Source: an uncultured Erysipelotrichaceae bacterium (GTDB lineage Bacteria > Bacillota_I > Bacilli_A > RFN20 > CAG-826). From it: 64,000 nt of DNA. The translations under genes and the position numbers were made by a program. This document shows, in pieces, positions 49,176-58,111 of the stretch (positions within the stretch are counted from its first letter, which is position 1; every line of letters starts with the position of its first letter). The DNA lies in the NCBI GenBank assembly GCA_902769185.1, contig CACXNV010000004.1:34499-98498 (forward strand), written 5' to 3'. The notes under the pieces are model-generated. The model was not told the DNA's origin. It saw nothing but the letters and a program-made list of their open reading frames with translations, and made no database searches.

Positions 49176-51179
49176 CTAGTAATAAGTTATTGTACCTTCT
49201 AAATCTGTTCTTCTAATTTGCACTTTATATTTATTTAAAATCACTACTACTTCACTATGAGGATGTCCGTACTTATTCTTCTTCCCGCATGATATCACTC
49301 CAACTTTAGGAGAGAGATATTTAATAAAAGTATCACCACTAGAAGTGTTTGAACCATGATGCCCCACTTTTAAAATATCGCAAGGAATAGAAACATTATC
49401 TTTCATAATCCTGGATTCAATCTTTTTAGGAGCATCACCCATAATGAGATAATGATATTCTTTAGTGGCAAATCCAATCACTAATGAATGATCGTTTTCT
49501 TCACCCCATAAATCAGGATATACGTTGTAATTAGTTAAATTAAATCCACCTATAGAAATAGGAAAAGATTTATAATCTTTTTCATAACGTTTCACTGTAA
49601 AATTCTCAATTAATGAATTAACCGCTCCAGAATGATCAAAATCATCATGAGTGGTAATTAATAAATCAATATCGTAAATCTGATTCTTTTTAAAAAACGG
49701 AATGAGTGTTTCTTTTGCTATATCAATACTTTTATGTCCACCAGTGTCAATTAAAATAGCGGTATCTTTTCTTCTAATTAATGTCGCATCTCCTTGACCT
49801 ACATTTATAAAAAATACTTGGTCATTAAATAAACTATTTAAAGGAATAAAATAAAATAGATTAAGAATTAATAGTAGCCCACTAGAAACGTAGATCATTG
49901 GCTTAAAGCGGCTGGATAAAAAATAAACGAAAATAAAGAATAGAACTTCAAATAAAAGAATCGTTAAATTGCTCATTTCTATCCCATAGATTGTGAGGTT
50001 GTATTTAGAAAAGAAAGATATCGCCTGAGATAAGAAATCTCCATAACCATTAACTATCCCATAAATTGGAATATGGGTAATCGATAACAAAGAAAGGAAA
50101 TAATATAAAACAAAAAATGGAGACAAAATAATGTGATAGATAATAGAAACTATAGAAACCTCATGATAGAAAGCTAAGGCAAAAGGAATAAACTCTATTA
50201 GGATCAATCCACTAATGAGCAGTTTCTTTTGAAAGGGTTTATATCCTTTGAAGGAATTCTGGAAGAAAAGAGCGCTAATTGGAATTAAATAAGTTAATAA
50301 GAATCCATCTTGATAAGCGTAAAAGGGATTAATAATTAAAAAGAATATTCCAGAAAAAGAGACCAATTCTAAATAGGAGAACTTCTTTTTTAGCAAGTGA
50401 TTATTAATCCATCTAAGAATCTTTAAAAAGACAAATTTTATAACCACAAACCGTGGATAAGACAAGATAAAAACAGGTAAGAATAACCCTATAAGTACTA
50501 AGTCTTTATATTTGTCTTTTTTAATAAATCTAGAAACGCAAAACGCTAAAAACGAATATAAAATCGTTAAGTAAAATCCACTATTAGATAATAGACGATT
50601 TAAATGAAGTGATCTCATCTCACTATAGACATCTTCATCGCTTCCCATAGAGAAAAGAAATGAGCCAATTAAAGCTTTGGAATTACTAGAAAAATGAGAA
50701 AGAAATTCCTTTTTAAAAGATAAGACTCTAATTGGGTTTCTAAATTTAACCTCAATTGATGTGGGATACATCTGGGAATATACCCCTTTGTTATTGAGGT
50801 ATTCTTGAAAATTAAAGTTTGATTCTAAAACTTCAAAATCCAAGGGAACTTTACTACCTTTTATCGATAAAATATCCCCTATTTCGAAAGAATGTTCTCT
50901 TTGATAAACATAAAGCTTTTCAAAAGTGGAATTAAAGATGAAGTAGTTTTCTTTAACTTCTTCCACTATTCCGCTATATTCGCTCTTATTGAAATTAGGC
51001 CTTATAAAGGACAACCCAACGCCAATGAGGCAAGATATCATCCCAGCAATAAATATTTTCTTACCGAACCGATAAAAGGCAAAAGCAAGGACAATTACTA
51101 GTTCTATGACTCCTAGAATTATTGATACCCGAACATTGATACCAAGATATAGAAGAACAAATAGAACTAATAAACTCAC
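49176..51179 (-). CDS. comEC: DNA uptake channel ComEC/Rec2
   Basis: 667 aa polytopic membrane protein with a C-terminal metallo-beta-lactamase domain (LITTHDDFDHSG...GHHGS). It overlaps comEA by 4 nt. Confidence 0.85.
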   Translation of the reverse strand: MSLLVLFVLLYLGINVRVSIILGVIELVIVLAFAFYRFGKKIFIAGMISCLIGVGLSFIRPNFNKSEYSGIVEEVKENYFIFNSTFEKLYVYQREHSFEIGDILSIKGSKVPLDFEVLESNFNFQEYLNNKGVYSQMYPTSIEVKFRNPIRVLSFKKEFLSHFSSNSKALIGSFLFSMGSDEDVYSEMRSLHLNRLLSNSGFYLTILYSFLAFCVSRFIKKDKYKDLVLIGLFLPVFILSYPRFVVIKFVFLKILRWINNHLLKKKFSYLELVSFSGIFFLIINPFYAYQDGFLLTYLIPISALFFQNSFKGYKPFQKKLLISGLILIEFIPFALAFYHEVSIVSIIYHIILSPFFVLYYFLSLLSITHIPIYGIVNGYGDFLSQAISFFSKYNLTIYGIEMSNLTILLFEVLFFIFVYFLSSRFKPMIYVSSGLLLILNLFYFIPLNSLFNDQVFFINVGQGDATLIRRKDTAILIDTGGHKSIDIAKETLIPFFKKNQIYDIDLLITTHDDFDHSGAVNSLIENFTVKRYEKDYKSFPISIGGFNLTNYNVYPDLWGEENDHSLVIGFATKEYHYLIMGDAPKKIESRIMKDNVSIPCDILKVGHHGSNTSSGDTFIKYLSPKVGVISCGKKNKYGHPHSEVVVILNKYKVQIRRTDLEGTITYY

Positions 51180-51706
51180 GCGTGAAGAATTACATAGTTA
51201 CGGATCTTACGATAAGTAGCGTTACCAATGCCGTACACTTCCATTAGTTCTTCTAAAGTAGCAAATATTCCATTAGTCTCTCGATAAGTAATAATGGAAT
51301 TAGCAATTGTAGAAGTAATGCCACTTACTGTAGATAAAGTTTCAGCATCATCAATATTGATGTTCACTTTACTCACTTCACTAGCGCTACAAACATCACT
51401 AGTGTCATATCTAGAGGCAATATAGTAAGTCATGCCTTTTGTTAAAAGGGCTTCATCATAATACGCTCTAGAATCAGCGTTAACAGTTGTGCCACCAGCA
51501 GTCTCAATTAAATCAAGCATGGTGCTACCCTCTTTCATTGTAAAATTGCCAGTCTTATAAACCTCACCTTCAATAGCGACGGTAAAGGTATTCGCAACCT
51601 CGGTAACTGTCCCAGCAGACTGAATTTGCGACTTTGGGTCGATCATCACAAATGCGGCAATGACGGCGATTGTCACAACTACGACCCCGATCAGGATTTT
51701 AAACAT
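51176..51706 (-). CDS. comEA: DNA receptor ComEA (helix-hairpin-helix)
   Basis: 176 aa with an N-terminal transmembrane anchor and a C-terminal HhH region: NINIDDAETLSTVSGITSTIANSIITYRETNGIFATLEELMEVYGIGNATYRKI. Confidence 0.8.
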   Translation of the reverse strand: MFKILIGVVVVTIAVIAAFVMIDPKSQIQSAGTVTEVANTFTVAIEGEVYKTGNFTMKEGSTMLDLIETAGGTTVNADSRAYYDEALLTKGMTYYIASRYDTSDVCSASEVSKVNINIDDAETLSTVSGITSTIANSIITYRETNGIFATLEELMEVYGIGNATYRKIRNYVILHA

Positions 51707-51720
51707 AAAATTAAAAACCT

Positions 51721-51770
51721 CCTACATTATATAAAGAGGGAGGTTTTGCGATTTTTTTGCAAAAAAATTT
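51721..51770 (-). promoter_or_regulatory. 50-bp promoter-like element, copy B, filling the greA-comEA intergenic region
   Basis: Same element as 31191-31240. It sits 14 nt upstream of the comEA ATG and 2 nt after the greA stop. There is no terminator between greA and comEA. Confidence 0.45.
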
Positions 51771-51772
51771 TT

Positions 51773-52255
51773 TTAGGCGCCTATTTTTAGGACTTCTACT
51801 TTGTAGACTTTTTTTGGTCCTTTGACATCAACGACGTCACCAACAACTTTGCCAATTAAGGCCTCGCCTAATGGAGAAGCGTTGGAAATTTTGTTATTGA
51901 ATGGGTCGCTTTCAACAGTACCAACAATCATGTATTTGCCTTCTTTACCTGTTTCAACGAACTTCACTGTAACAGTTGAACCAAGGGCAACTTTATTGCC
52001 GCCTTTTTTCGCTTTTGCTTCATCATCGATAATTTCAGCATTGGAGAGGATGTTTTCAATCTCTTTAATACGACCCTCGACTTCAGCTTGTCTATTTCTT
52101 GCAGCATCGTAGTCAGCGTTTTCACTTAAGTCGCCTTGTGCACGAGCTTCAGTTAATTGTCTTTTTACTTCTTCTCTGGTGTTATCAATTAATTCACGAA
52201 GTTCTTTTTCAAGTTCTTCTTTACCAGCTTTTGTTAAGATTACTTTTTCCGCCAT
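51773..52255 (-). CDS. greA: Transcription elongation factor GreA
   Basis: 160 aa. A coiled-coil N-terminus with DLSENADYDAA, then an FKBP-like C-terminus. Confidence 0.9.
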   Translation of the reverse strand: MAEKVILTKAGKEELEKELRELIDNTREEVKRQLTEARAQGDLSENADYDAARNRQAEVEGRIKEIENILSNAEIIDDEAKAKKGGNKVALGSTVTVKFVETGKEGKYMIVGTVESDPFNNKISNASPLGEALIGKVVGDVVDVKGPKKVYKVEVLKIGA

Positions 52256-52386
52256 TATTAATACCTCACAAATTCAGTCAAGCGTTATTATAGCAATAAC
52301 GAGTTATATATTCCAAGATTTTTTCAAAATACATATACTTGGTTCAAATAGATTAATCTATTGACTTCGTATATAATAAGTCCGTT

Positions 52387-52977
52387 ATGAAGAAGGATTC
52401 TTATCTATTTAAGCTACTAATTCTATTTCTGACTTTTATGAAAATTGGAGCACTCACCTTTGGTGGAGGCTATGCGATGATTCCAATTATCGAAGAAGAA
52501 GTAACCAAAAAAAGGAAATGGATTAGTGAAATAGAAATCATGGATATTCTCGCTATTAGCGAGTCTACTCCTGGACCAATCGCTGTTAATACCGCTACTT
52601 ATGTTGGCTATAAAGTTGCAGGAATAACTGGAGGAATATTTGCCACTATTGGTCTCGCCATTCCTTCTTTTGTCATTATTTTTGTTATTTCCTTCTTCTA
52701 TCAAGACTTTATGAAGTGGCCAGTAATAGCGGCGATGTTTAAAGGCTTAAAAGTTGGAGTCATAATTCTATTATTCTCTGCTGTTTTAAGATTAAGAAAA
52801 GGCGTTAAAGTCAACTTAGTGGGCACCATTTTATTTGTGTCTACATTAAGCATAATGCTTGTCTTCTCCTTCATTGATATTGGCTTTAAATATTTATCTT
52901 TATCCCTAATTTTATTAGGAATAATTACCGGAATTGTTTTAACTTTAATCGCTAATAAAAAGGAGGGTAGTAAATGA
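52387..52977 (+). CDS. Chromate-transporter-family protein, short-form subunit 1
   Basis: 196 aa with LTFGGGYAMIPIIEEEV, the ChrA signature FGGG.A.IP. It is a polytopic protein. Confidence 0.75.
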   Translation: MKKDSYLFKLLILFLTFMKIGALTFGGGYAMIPIIEEEVTKKRKWISEIEIMDILAISESTPGPIAVNTATYVGYKVAGITGGIFATIGLAIPSFVIIFVISFFYQDFMKWPVIAAMFKGLKVGVIILLFSAVLRLRKGVKVNLVGTILFVSTLSIMLVFSFIDIGFKYLSLSLILLGIITGIVLTLIANKKEGSK

Positions 52978-53549
52978 TTTTCTTTGAACTTTTCTATACC
53001 TTCTTTCTAATTGGTTTATTCACCTTTGGTGGAGGCTACGCGATGATTCCAATGATTCAAGAACAAGTCGTTTCTAAAGGCTGGATAAGTGAATCTAATC
53101 TCACTGATTTTATCGCCGTGAGTGAAGCCACTCCTGGACCATTTGCGATTAACATCTCGACTTTTGTTGGTAATTCTGTTGGAGGGGTGTTTGGAGCAAT
53201 CTGTTCCACTATTGGAGTTATTCTTCCTTCAATTATTATCATTCTCATCATTGCGATGATCATGAAAAAATTTATGAAGAATAAATATGTTCAAGGAGCA
53301 TTATCTGGAGTTAGACCAGTTGTATTAGCGCTTATTTTATCAACTGCCTTAGTGTTATTTATTAAAGTCCTATTCTTTAGAGGAAACTCCTTTAAAGGAG
53401 AATGGGAATTTGATGTTAGAAGTTTTGCCTTATTAGTGATTCTTTCTGGTATGCTCTTTATTTATAAAAAAGTCCGAAAGAAAAGCCTAGGAGCAATTAA
53501 ACTTCTAGGCCTATCAGCGTTACTTGGAATAATTATATTTACCGTTTAA
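52974..53549 (+). CDS. Chromate-transporter-family protein, short-form subunit 2
   Basis: 191 aa with FTFGGGYAMIPMIQEQV. It overlaps subunit 1 by 4 nt, as in the split short-ChrA pair arrangement. Confidence 0.75.
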   Translation: MIFFELFYTFFLIGLFTFGGGYAMIPMIQEQVVSKGWISESNLTDFIAVSEATPGPFAINISTFVGNSVGGVFGAICSTIGVILPSIIIILIIAMIMKKFMKNKYVQGALSGVRPVVLALILSTALVLFIKVLFFRGNSFKGEWEFDVRSFALLVILSGMLFIYKKVRKKSLGAIKLLGLSALLGIIIFTV

Positions 53550-53800
53550 TCGGTCGCATTTTCATCCATAAAGGCATTGAAGACTTCTTCAACTTCTTCA
53601 TATTCTTCATCGGATTCGATTTCAAATAATTCGCCCTTATCGTTATATTCCATACAAATTACGTCTTCCGGGGTTTCCTTATTATATAAGAAGACGTATT
53701 TTTTCTTTCTTTCATCGTGTTCATAGGTGAAAAGAATTTCCATTAAATGTTCATTTCCCTCTTCATCACGAATGGTAATTTGTTTTTCATCTTCAATCAT
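53546..53800 (-). CDS. DUF1292 / UPF0473 protein (YrzB-like)
   Basis: 84 aa acidic protein: ...ITIRDEEGNEHLMEILFTYEHDERKKKYVFLY.... It sits next to ruvX as yrzB does in Bacillus. Confidence 0.6.
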   Translation of the reverse strand: MIEDEKQITIRDEEGNEHLMEILFTYEHDERKKKYVFLYNKETPEDVICMEYNDKGELFEIESDEEYEEVEEVFNAFMDENATD

Positions 53801-53804
53801 TGCT

Positions 53805-54227
53805 TTATCTTCCTTTCATTCTTAAATAGAAATCTAATATTTCACAGGCCGCGATTCGATCAACTGCACCTTTTCTTTGCTGGCCTGATACATTTAATTG
53901 GTTAAGAGTCTTATGGGCGGACACTGTAGTTAAACGTTCATCTACAAGTTCAATTTTAAGAGTTGGGTCTTCTTTAAGAAGGTCTTCTTTAAATCTTTTG
54001 GAAGAATCCGCTCTAAAGCCTTGTGAACCATCCATATTAATTGGTAAACCAATTACTAAATTCTTAACACCAGTTTTTTCCACTAACTTATGAACGTAAT
54101 CTCTAGCTTGAGAATAAGCTTCTTTAGGAAATCTAAAGGTCTCAACTCCATGGACAAACCCTAAGACATCGCTGCTAGCAACACCTAAAGTTGTTGTTCC
54201 TAAATCTAGTCCAATATATTTTTCCAT
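53805..54227 (-). CDS. ruvX: Holliday-junction resolvase-like protein RuvX/YqgF
   Basis: 140 aa. The start reads IGLDLGTTTLGVA; the sequence has the RNase H-like fold. Confidence 0.85.
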   Translation of the reverse strand: MEKYIGLDLGTTTLGVASSDVLGFVHGVETFRFPKEAYSQARDYVHKLVEKTGVKNLVIGLPINMDGSQGFRADSSKRFKEDLLKEDPTLKIELVDERLTTVSAHKTLNQLNVSGQQRKGAVDRIAACEILDFYLRMKGR

Positions 54228-56827
54228 TATTTCACTAATCCTTTAGCGCTCTCAATTGCCTCAGAAATTTTAGAAGCGTCTTTACCTGCTCCACTAGCGA
54301 AGTCTGGTCTTCCTCCTCCAGAGCCACCTAAAATAGTAGCGACAGACTTAACTAAGTCACCTGCTCTATAAGCTTTTTGAGCGTTACCATTTACACTACA
54401 AACAACAGGGATAGAATCTTTACCACCACCAACAAAGATAATCACAGAATCCTTATGAGTAACTTTAAGTTTATCAACTAAAGATACTAAGGCGTTTCTA
54501 TCCGCATCTTTGATGTGTTTGATCAATACTTCTTTATCGTTACAAGAGACAAATTCTCCATCTAGTGAAGCACTTTCCGCATTTGCGAGTTTTTGGCTTA
54601 ATGATTCGACAGTTTTCTTAAGTTCGGCTTTTTCTGCTAATAAAGCGTTAAGTCTAATGTTTACTTCACTAATTGAACCTGCTCCTAAGCTATTTCTAGC
54701 TTGTGCTAACATATTTTCACGTTTTTTAAGTAATTCATAAGCGCCAATTGAGGTCCTAGAAACAATACGTCTCACTCCGCTAGCGACTGATTCTTCGCTT
54801 TCAATGACAAAGACACCAATATCTCTTGTGTTACTAACGTGAGTGCCACCACAGAATTCCTTAGAAACTTCGCCAAAGCATACGACTCTAACGATGTCTC
54901 CATATTTATCATCAAATAAGGCTTTTGCCCCAATCTTTTTGGCCTCGTCGATAGATAAGACTTTAGTCTCTTCTTCAATAGCTTCTGAGATCCATCTATT
55001 AACCTTTCTTTCCACTTCCGCGATTTCTTCTTCACTCATCTTTTTAAAGTGTGAGAAGTCAAAGTGAATATAATCAGCGCACACATAGCTGCCCTTTTGA
55101 GCAACATGATCCCCAAGGACTTCAGTTAAAGCACTTTGAAGTAAATGGACTGAAGAGTGATTTCTTCTAATTAATTCACGGTTATAAGAATCAATCTTGA
55201 GATTAACTTTATCACCAACTTTAATTTCGCCAAATAAAACAGTGACATGATGTAAATGCTGTTTATTTGGAGCTTTACTTACAGAAGCAACCTTTGCTTC
55301 CATAGATTTATTTGAGATGGTGCCAACATCAGAAACTTGTCCTCCGCTTTCTGCGTAGAATGGAGTTTCTTTAACAATTAAGTCACCTTCTCCTGATAAT
55401 GAATCAACTTTTTCTCCATTAACAAATAAGCCAATAACTTCGCTAACTAATTCAACTTTTTCATAATTGAAAGAGCTTTGTTCTTTGAAGTTCATCAAAT
55501 CTATGGATTGTTTATTCATAGATTGTTGATCACCTCTAGCGGCTCTAGCTCGCTCTTTTTGTTTATTCATTTCTTCTTCAAATTCTTTTTCATCGACTGT
55601 AACACCATTTTCTTCACAGATTTCTAAAGTTAATTCTTTAGGGAAGCCAAATGTGTCATAGAGCTTAAACATGTCTTTGCCAGATAAAGATTTGCTATCT
55701 TTAATTAAAGACATAAGTAAAGATTCTCCGTTTTGAAGTGTCTTTAAGAATTTTTCTTCTTCAGCTTGCACCATCTTAGAGATAAATTCTTGTTTATCTA
55801 ATAAATATGGGTAGTAGGATTTCATAATCTCCGCGACTACTGGAACAAGTTTATGTAAGAAATGGGTGTCAATTCCTAATACGTGTCCATATCTTTCTGC
55901 TCTACGGAGTAATCTACGTAAAACGTAGCCTCTACCTTCATTAGAGAACATTTCTCCATCCGCTAAAGCAAAGGTAATGGTTCTAATATGGTCAGCAATC
56001 ACTCTAAAAGCGCGTCTATTTGAAGAATATTCTTTTTTCGATATTTCTTCTGTCTTTTTAATAATTGGCCAGAATAAATCAGTTTCATAAGCAGTGTCGG
56101 TTTCTTGAATGACACAAGCAAATCTTTCTAATCCCGCACCGGTATCGATGTTTTTACTTGGAAGTTCTTTATATTCGCTTCTTTTCTTACCAATTTCACT
56201 ATTAAACTGGGAGAAAACGATATTCCAGATTTCCACATATCTAAAGTTTGGAAGATCTTCTTCTAATAGTTTTACTCCAACATGTTCTGGGTCAAATTTC
56301 TCTCCACGATCAAAATGCACTTCAGTGTCAGGTCCACAAGGTCCTTCACCAATTTCCCAGAAGTTATCTTCTTTTTTGATTAAATGTGATTCTTCGACTC
56401 CAACATCTAACCAGCATTTTTTAGTTTCTAAATCATCTGGATGATATGTAACATATAATTTTTGTCTAGGAAAAGCAAACCATTTTTCACTAGTTAATAG
56501 TTCCCAAGCCCAAGGGATAACTTCTTTTCTAAAGTAATCTCCAATAGAGAAATTACCGAGCATTTCAAAGAAAGTTAAGTGAGTGGCGTCACCCACATTT
56601 TCAATATCATTGGTTCTAATTGATTTTTGAGCATTGGTAATTCTTCTACTTGGTGGAACTTCACTACCATCAAAATATTTCTTTAAAGCCGCAACTCCAG
56701 CGTTAATCCAAAGTAAAGTTGGATCATTTTTAGGAATGAGTGAACTACCTGGTTCGACGTGGTGTCCTTTGCTTTTAAAGAAGTCTAACCACATTTGTCT
56801 AATTTCACTTGAAGACATCTTTTTCAT
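54227..56827 (-). CDS. alaS: Alanine--tRNA ligase
   Basis: Class II aaRS with the WLDFFKSKGH N-terminus, an editing domain (HSSVHLL...CGGTHV) and a C-terminal DHH-like domain. The start was set at MKKMSSSEIRQMW (56827), downstream of the leader terminator; the 30-aa upstream extension in the track covers leader sequence. Confidence 0.9.
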   Translation of the reverse strand: MKKMSSSEIRQMWLDFFKSKGHHVEPGSSLIPKNDPTLLWINAGVAALKKYFDGSEVPPSRRITNAQKSIRTNDIENVGDATHLTFFEMLGNFSIGDYFRKEVIPWAWELLTSEKWFAFPRQKLYVTYHPDDLETKKCWLDVGVEESHLIKKEDNFWEIGEGPCGPDTEVHFDRGEKFDPEHVGVKLLEEDLPNFRYVEIWNIVFSQFNSEIGKKRSEYKELPSKNIDTGAGLERFACVIQETDTAYETDLFWPIIKKTEEISKKEYSSNRRAFRVIADHIRTITFALADGEMFSNEGRGYVLRRLLRRAERYGHVLGIDTHFLHKLVPVVAEIMKSYYPYLLDKQEFISKMVQAEEEKFLKTLQNGESLLMSLIKDSKSLSGKDMFKLYDTFGFPKELTLEICEENGVTVDEKEFEEEMNKQKERARAARGDQQSMNKQSIDLMNFKEQSSFNYEKVELVSEVIGLFVNGEKVDSLSGEGDLIVKETPFYAESGGQVSDVGTISNKSMEAKVASVSKAPNKQHLHHVTVLFGEIKVGDKVNLKIDSYNRELIRRNHSSVHLLQSALTEVLGDHVAQKGSYVCADYIHFDFSHFKKMSEEEIAEVERKVNRWISEAIEEETKVLSIDEAKKIGAKALFDDKYGDIVRVVCFGEVSKEFCGGTHVSNTRDIGVFVIESEESVASGVRRIVSRTSIGAYELLKKRENMLAQARNSLGAGSISEVNIRLNALLAEKAELKKTVESLSQKLANAESASLDGEFVSCNDKEVLIKHIKDADRNALVSLVDKLKVTHKDSVIIFVGGGKDSIPVVCSVNGNAQKAYRAGDLVKSVATILGGSGGGRPDFASGAGKDASKISEAIESAKGLVK

Positions 56828-57060
56828 ATTTTTCCTCCAAATATAAGAAAACGTTCCTTTTAGGAACGAACAAGTCCGCGATACCATCCTATTTTCTCTC
56901 CAATATGGGAGAGACACTTAATTAATAGTTATTTCGTTAACTTCACGGTGGCATTACCCACACGACAAGGAGTGGCCCATTTATTCTCTATTACGTTATT
57001 TCACCAATGTAACGCTCTCTTAGAATAGAAGAAATAAATTTCTTTCCTTCGCTAGATATT
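56828..57060 (-). ncRNA. T-box riboswitch leader of alaS
   Basis: On the mRNA strand, aaauaGGAUGGUAUCGCGG (forward 56876-56894) matches the T-box consensus AAUUAGGGUGGUACCGCGG at 16 of 19 positions. A terminator hairpin cguuccuaaaaggaacg plus a U-run follows (forward 56841-56868), then a GGAGG RBS. An AGAGA element lies upstream. The leader is about 230 nt. Confidence 0.65.
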
Positions 57061-57119
57061 ATTACATTTATCAATTTATAATCCAATAAAGATTTTATTC
57101 AATTAAAAATTTTTAAAAC

Positions 57120-57245
57120 GGATAATCCGCCAGAATCAACTATTTTTAGCCACTTTTGGCGAAATATACGCACTTTTTATAGGGATAATCCGCCAGAAAT
57201 GACCATTTTTACCTACTTTTGGCGAATTATAAGTTTTTCAATTCC
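57120..57245. repeat. Two tandem copies of an imperfect 63-bp unit
   Basis: Units start at 57120 and 57183 (ggataatccgccagaa ... ttttggcgaa). Each unit can fold as ccgccag/ttggcg around a loop of about 22 nt. The repeat lies between the terminator of the upstream gene and the alaS leader. Confidence 0.6.
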
Positions 57246-57272
57246 AAAAAAAACGCTCACGAGGAGCGTTAA
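57245..57272 (-). terminator. Intrinsic terminator after the 228-aa exported-protein gene
   Basis: Minus-strand aacgctc-ctcgt-gagcgtt followed by tttttttt. The stem is nearly identical to the one at 58079-58097. Confidence 0.6.
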
Positions 57273-57290
57273 TTTCATTAATTACTTTGA

Positions 57291-57977
57291 TTAGCAATCG
57301 TAATAGAAGACCATTTCAGTGATCCATAAGGCTTTATGTTCTGTTCCCTTTGGTTCATCTGGCTCGAAATAAGCATTTGAGTCGCTGTCGCTATCAAGAT
57401 AACCGCCTTCAGGAGTCCAGTGATATTTCCTATAATCGTTTGTATCCTCAATCTTTGTCATTGTTCCAGTTGTATGATCTGGATGAATACCTTTTAAAGT
57501 AGTTAAACGATCTGCTCCTTTTTCTAGTGTAAAATCTATTCCAGTGAGACGTCTAAAAGGAACTACATCAATTTCATGTTGCCCATCTAAAGAAAATACA
57601 TGATTATTGTAAAATCTTTTAATGTTAACATAGAAAGCACACCCAAATCCGGCATTCCAATCGCCCCATAAGCAGAAAATGCAATTATTGCTATTTAAAT
57701 ATACATCTTTTTGACTTTGTAAAGTTTCAACATAACCATAACCCAATTTATCCTGTAATAGGAAAATTGCACCACCATAATTTTGTTTTCCGTTGTCATA
57801 GTAATTTAAGATACGATTGTTTTTATTAATGGTAACTACTCTACCAGTATTAGCAGCGGCTTTTGAAGGCATAAGTTCCACATCATTTTGTCCTAATAAG
57901 ACAACTGCCATAGTTGATAAGGTGATTAGACCTGTAGAAGCTAATAAGATGATTTTCTTGTTTCTAGTATTACTCAT
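57291..57977 (-). CDS. Hypothetical membrane-anchored or exported protein
   Basis: 228 aa with an N-terminal hydrophobic anchor (KKIILLASTGLITLSTMAVVLLG). No recognisable domain. It has its own terminator. Confidence 0.4.
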   Translation of the reverse strand: MSNTRNKKIILLASTGLITLSTMAVVLLGQNDVELMPSKAAANTGRVVTINKNNRILNYYDNGKQNYGGAIFLLQDKLGYGYVETLQSQKDVYLNSNNCIFCLWGDWNAGFGCAFYVNIKRFYNNHVFSLDGQHEIDVVPFRRLTGIDFTLEKGADRLTTLKGIHPDHTTGTMTKIEDTNDYRKYHWTPEGGYLDSDSDSNAYFEPDEPKGTEHKALWITEMVFYYDC

Positions 57978-58067
57978 GTCTTACATCCTCCTAGTGCTAA
58001 AATTATAATTAGTTAGAACTAAAAGGCAATCTTTTTATAAAAAATATATTTGAAATAATTTAAAAAC

Positions 58068-58097
58068 ATAAAAGAAAAAACGCTCGCAAGGAGCGTT
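58068..58097 (-). terminator. Intrinsic terminator after the SPFH gene
   Basis: Minus-strand aacgctc-cttgc-gagcgtt followed by ttttttctttt. Confidence 0.6.
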
Positions 58098-58111
58098 ATA
58101 AGAGATAGCAA

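Noticed and set aside
51773-52255. A dedicated terminator between greA and comEA
   Set aside because: Only 66 bp separate them, fully occupied by the 50-bp element. Its A/T-only palindrome is too weak to call a terminator, so read-through from greA cannot be excluded.
56828-56917. N-terminal extensions given by the ORF track for alaS, hrcA, cdd, glyQS, recO, hemW, flavodoxin and the FDP
   Set aside because: The extensions start at TTG/GTG or at upstream ATGs without an RBS. They cover operators, leaders or the upstream gene. Internal ATGs with good Shine-Dalgarno sequences and conserved N-termini were preferred.
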